Assembly: GCA_900088475.1 (NCBI GenBank)
Contig: FLMG01004277.1
Coordinates: forward strand, 49,141-113,140
Direction of reading: 5' to 3'
DNA length: 64,000 bases
Origin: Hyphochytrium catenoides
Taxonomy: Eukaryota; Protista; Hyphochytriomycota
Position numbers and translations under genes: made by a program. Shown here one piece after another: positions 63,097 to 64,000 of this stretch (its first letter is position 1; each line of letters starts with the position of its first letter). Under the pieces are notes generated by a model. That model was not told the origin of the DNA and did not search any database. It was given only the letters and a program-made list of their open reading frames with translations.

Positions 63097-64000
63097 TAGA
63101 GGCACTGGAAATGTATCAATCGTCCTGCTATAACGCCAGGTCTTCTAGCGTACATTAGGGGTAACATAATTTATATCAGTATTTTATCGCAGAAGGCAAC
63201 AGCCTATCTTCATCGCTGGCTGTACGGAAGGACACCTATCTACACTTAGCTCTATCGCCGTTCGGATTATTTGGCTTCAGACCCAAAACGCGGCAGTTGC
63301 TGGATTTTGCTATGGTGTTGTACGCTAACAGAGTTGGCAGGCTGGCGCTTACCATATCAGGCGGTGAATGACGGTGGAAGTGTGCACAGGTAGCGGCCAG
63401 AATACGCTGTCCCGTCGTCCCATGAAATTGGGATAGGAGGTCTCTATCGATAGAGACACCATTGCCCCAAAGTAGGACAGTCTACGGGGATCATCTACTA
63501 TGACGGTTTAGGAGTGACTATGTGCCATGTTCAAGCTTCTAGAAACAGAAGTGGTGCACCAGGCACTGAACTTTAAGCCCTTATGCGCTGGCAATGGGAT
63601 ATCAGGTCAGATCTCTTTACTGCACCGCAGAGCAGAAGGAAGGACGTTGTCCTCACTAGCAGAGGGAAGGCTTCTTCTAGCTCACTTTCTATAGATAACG
63701 TAATAGACTCATTATCTACCCCTAACGGCATCTGTGCAAGAAATTAACCCCTCAGTGCTTGACAGCACTTTAGCAATCCCTTAAGGAAGAAATTTTAGAG
63801 TTTGCTGGTGAACATCATGCCTGTTATAGGGTCATTGTCTAGACCGCAGGGTGCCGCGCTGTTGTTGCTAAGTCTGTCTTTCCCACTCTCCCTGAAGGCC
63901 TCTTCATCAGCCAAGCGGCATGGCTGTATAAGGGCCAGTGTTCTCTCTGCTAGAACAGGACCGGTGACATCCCTACTGTAACCACGGCCACCAACCCGCC

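Noticed and set aside
1-64000. Stop-codon reassignment (TAG read as sense)
   Set aside because: Long conserved exons have no in-frame TAG, and TAG, TAA and TGA all end genes at the expected positions (e.g. aquaporin TAG).

Overview
Eukaryotic, intron-rich genomic DNA with short GT-AG introns, GA/CT microsatellites and two assembly gaps. It uses the standard genetic code, and the gene set suggests a protist, possibly a stramenopile (inference only). I reconstructed 11 protein-coding genes by manual splicing: (1) a large receptor-enzyme fusion of signal peptide, five exon-encoded Cys-rich modules, beta-rich ectodomain, 7TM, C2-like region and an INPP4-type inositol phosphatase domain whose catalytic CX5R reads CX5K; (2) a BAZ/ACF1-like DDT-WHIM protein with four PHD fingers; (3) an ARL6IP4-like SR protein that the ORF track misses and that needs a GC-AG intron; (4) a ~17 kb IP3-receptor-type Ca2+ release channel with a divergent ligand pocket and a DGGIGS filter; (5) TTLL12; (6) a stand-alone OvoA-C-terminal-type methyltransferase; (7-9) three unknown proteins; (10) an intronless PIP-like aquaporin; (11) a cyclin U/PHO80-type cyclin. 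The best candidate for a novel system is the 7TM-INPP4 probable pseudophosphatase with a modular ectodomain, lying ~12 kb from an atypical IP3 receptor. Exon boundaries were read by eye, some internal exons were not fully traced, and family assignments rest on remembered motifs rather than database searches.
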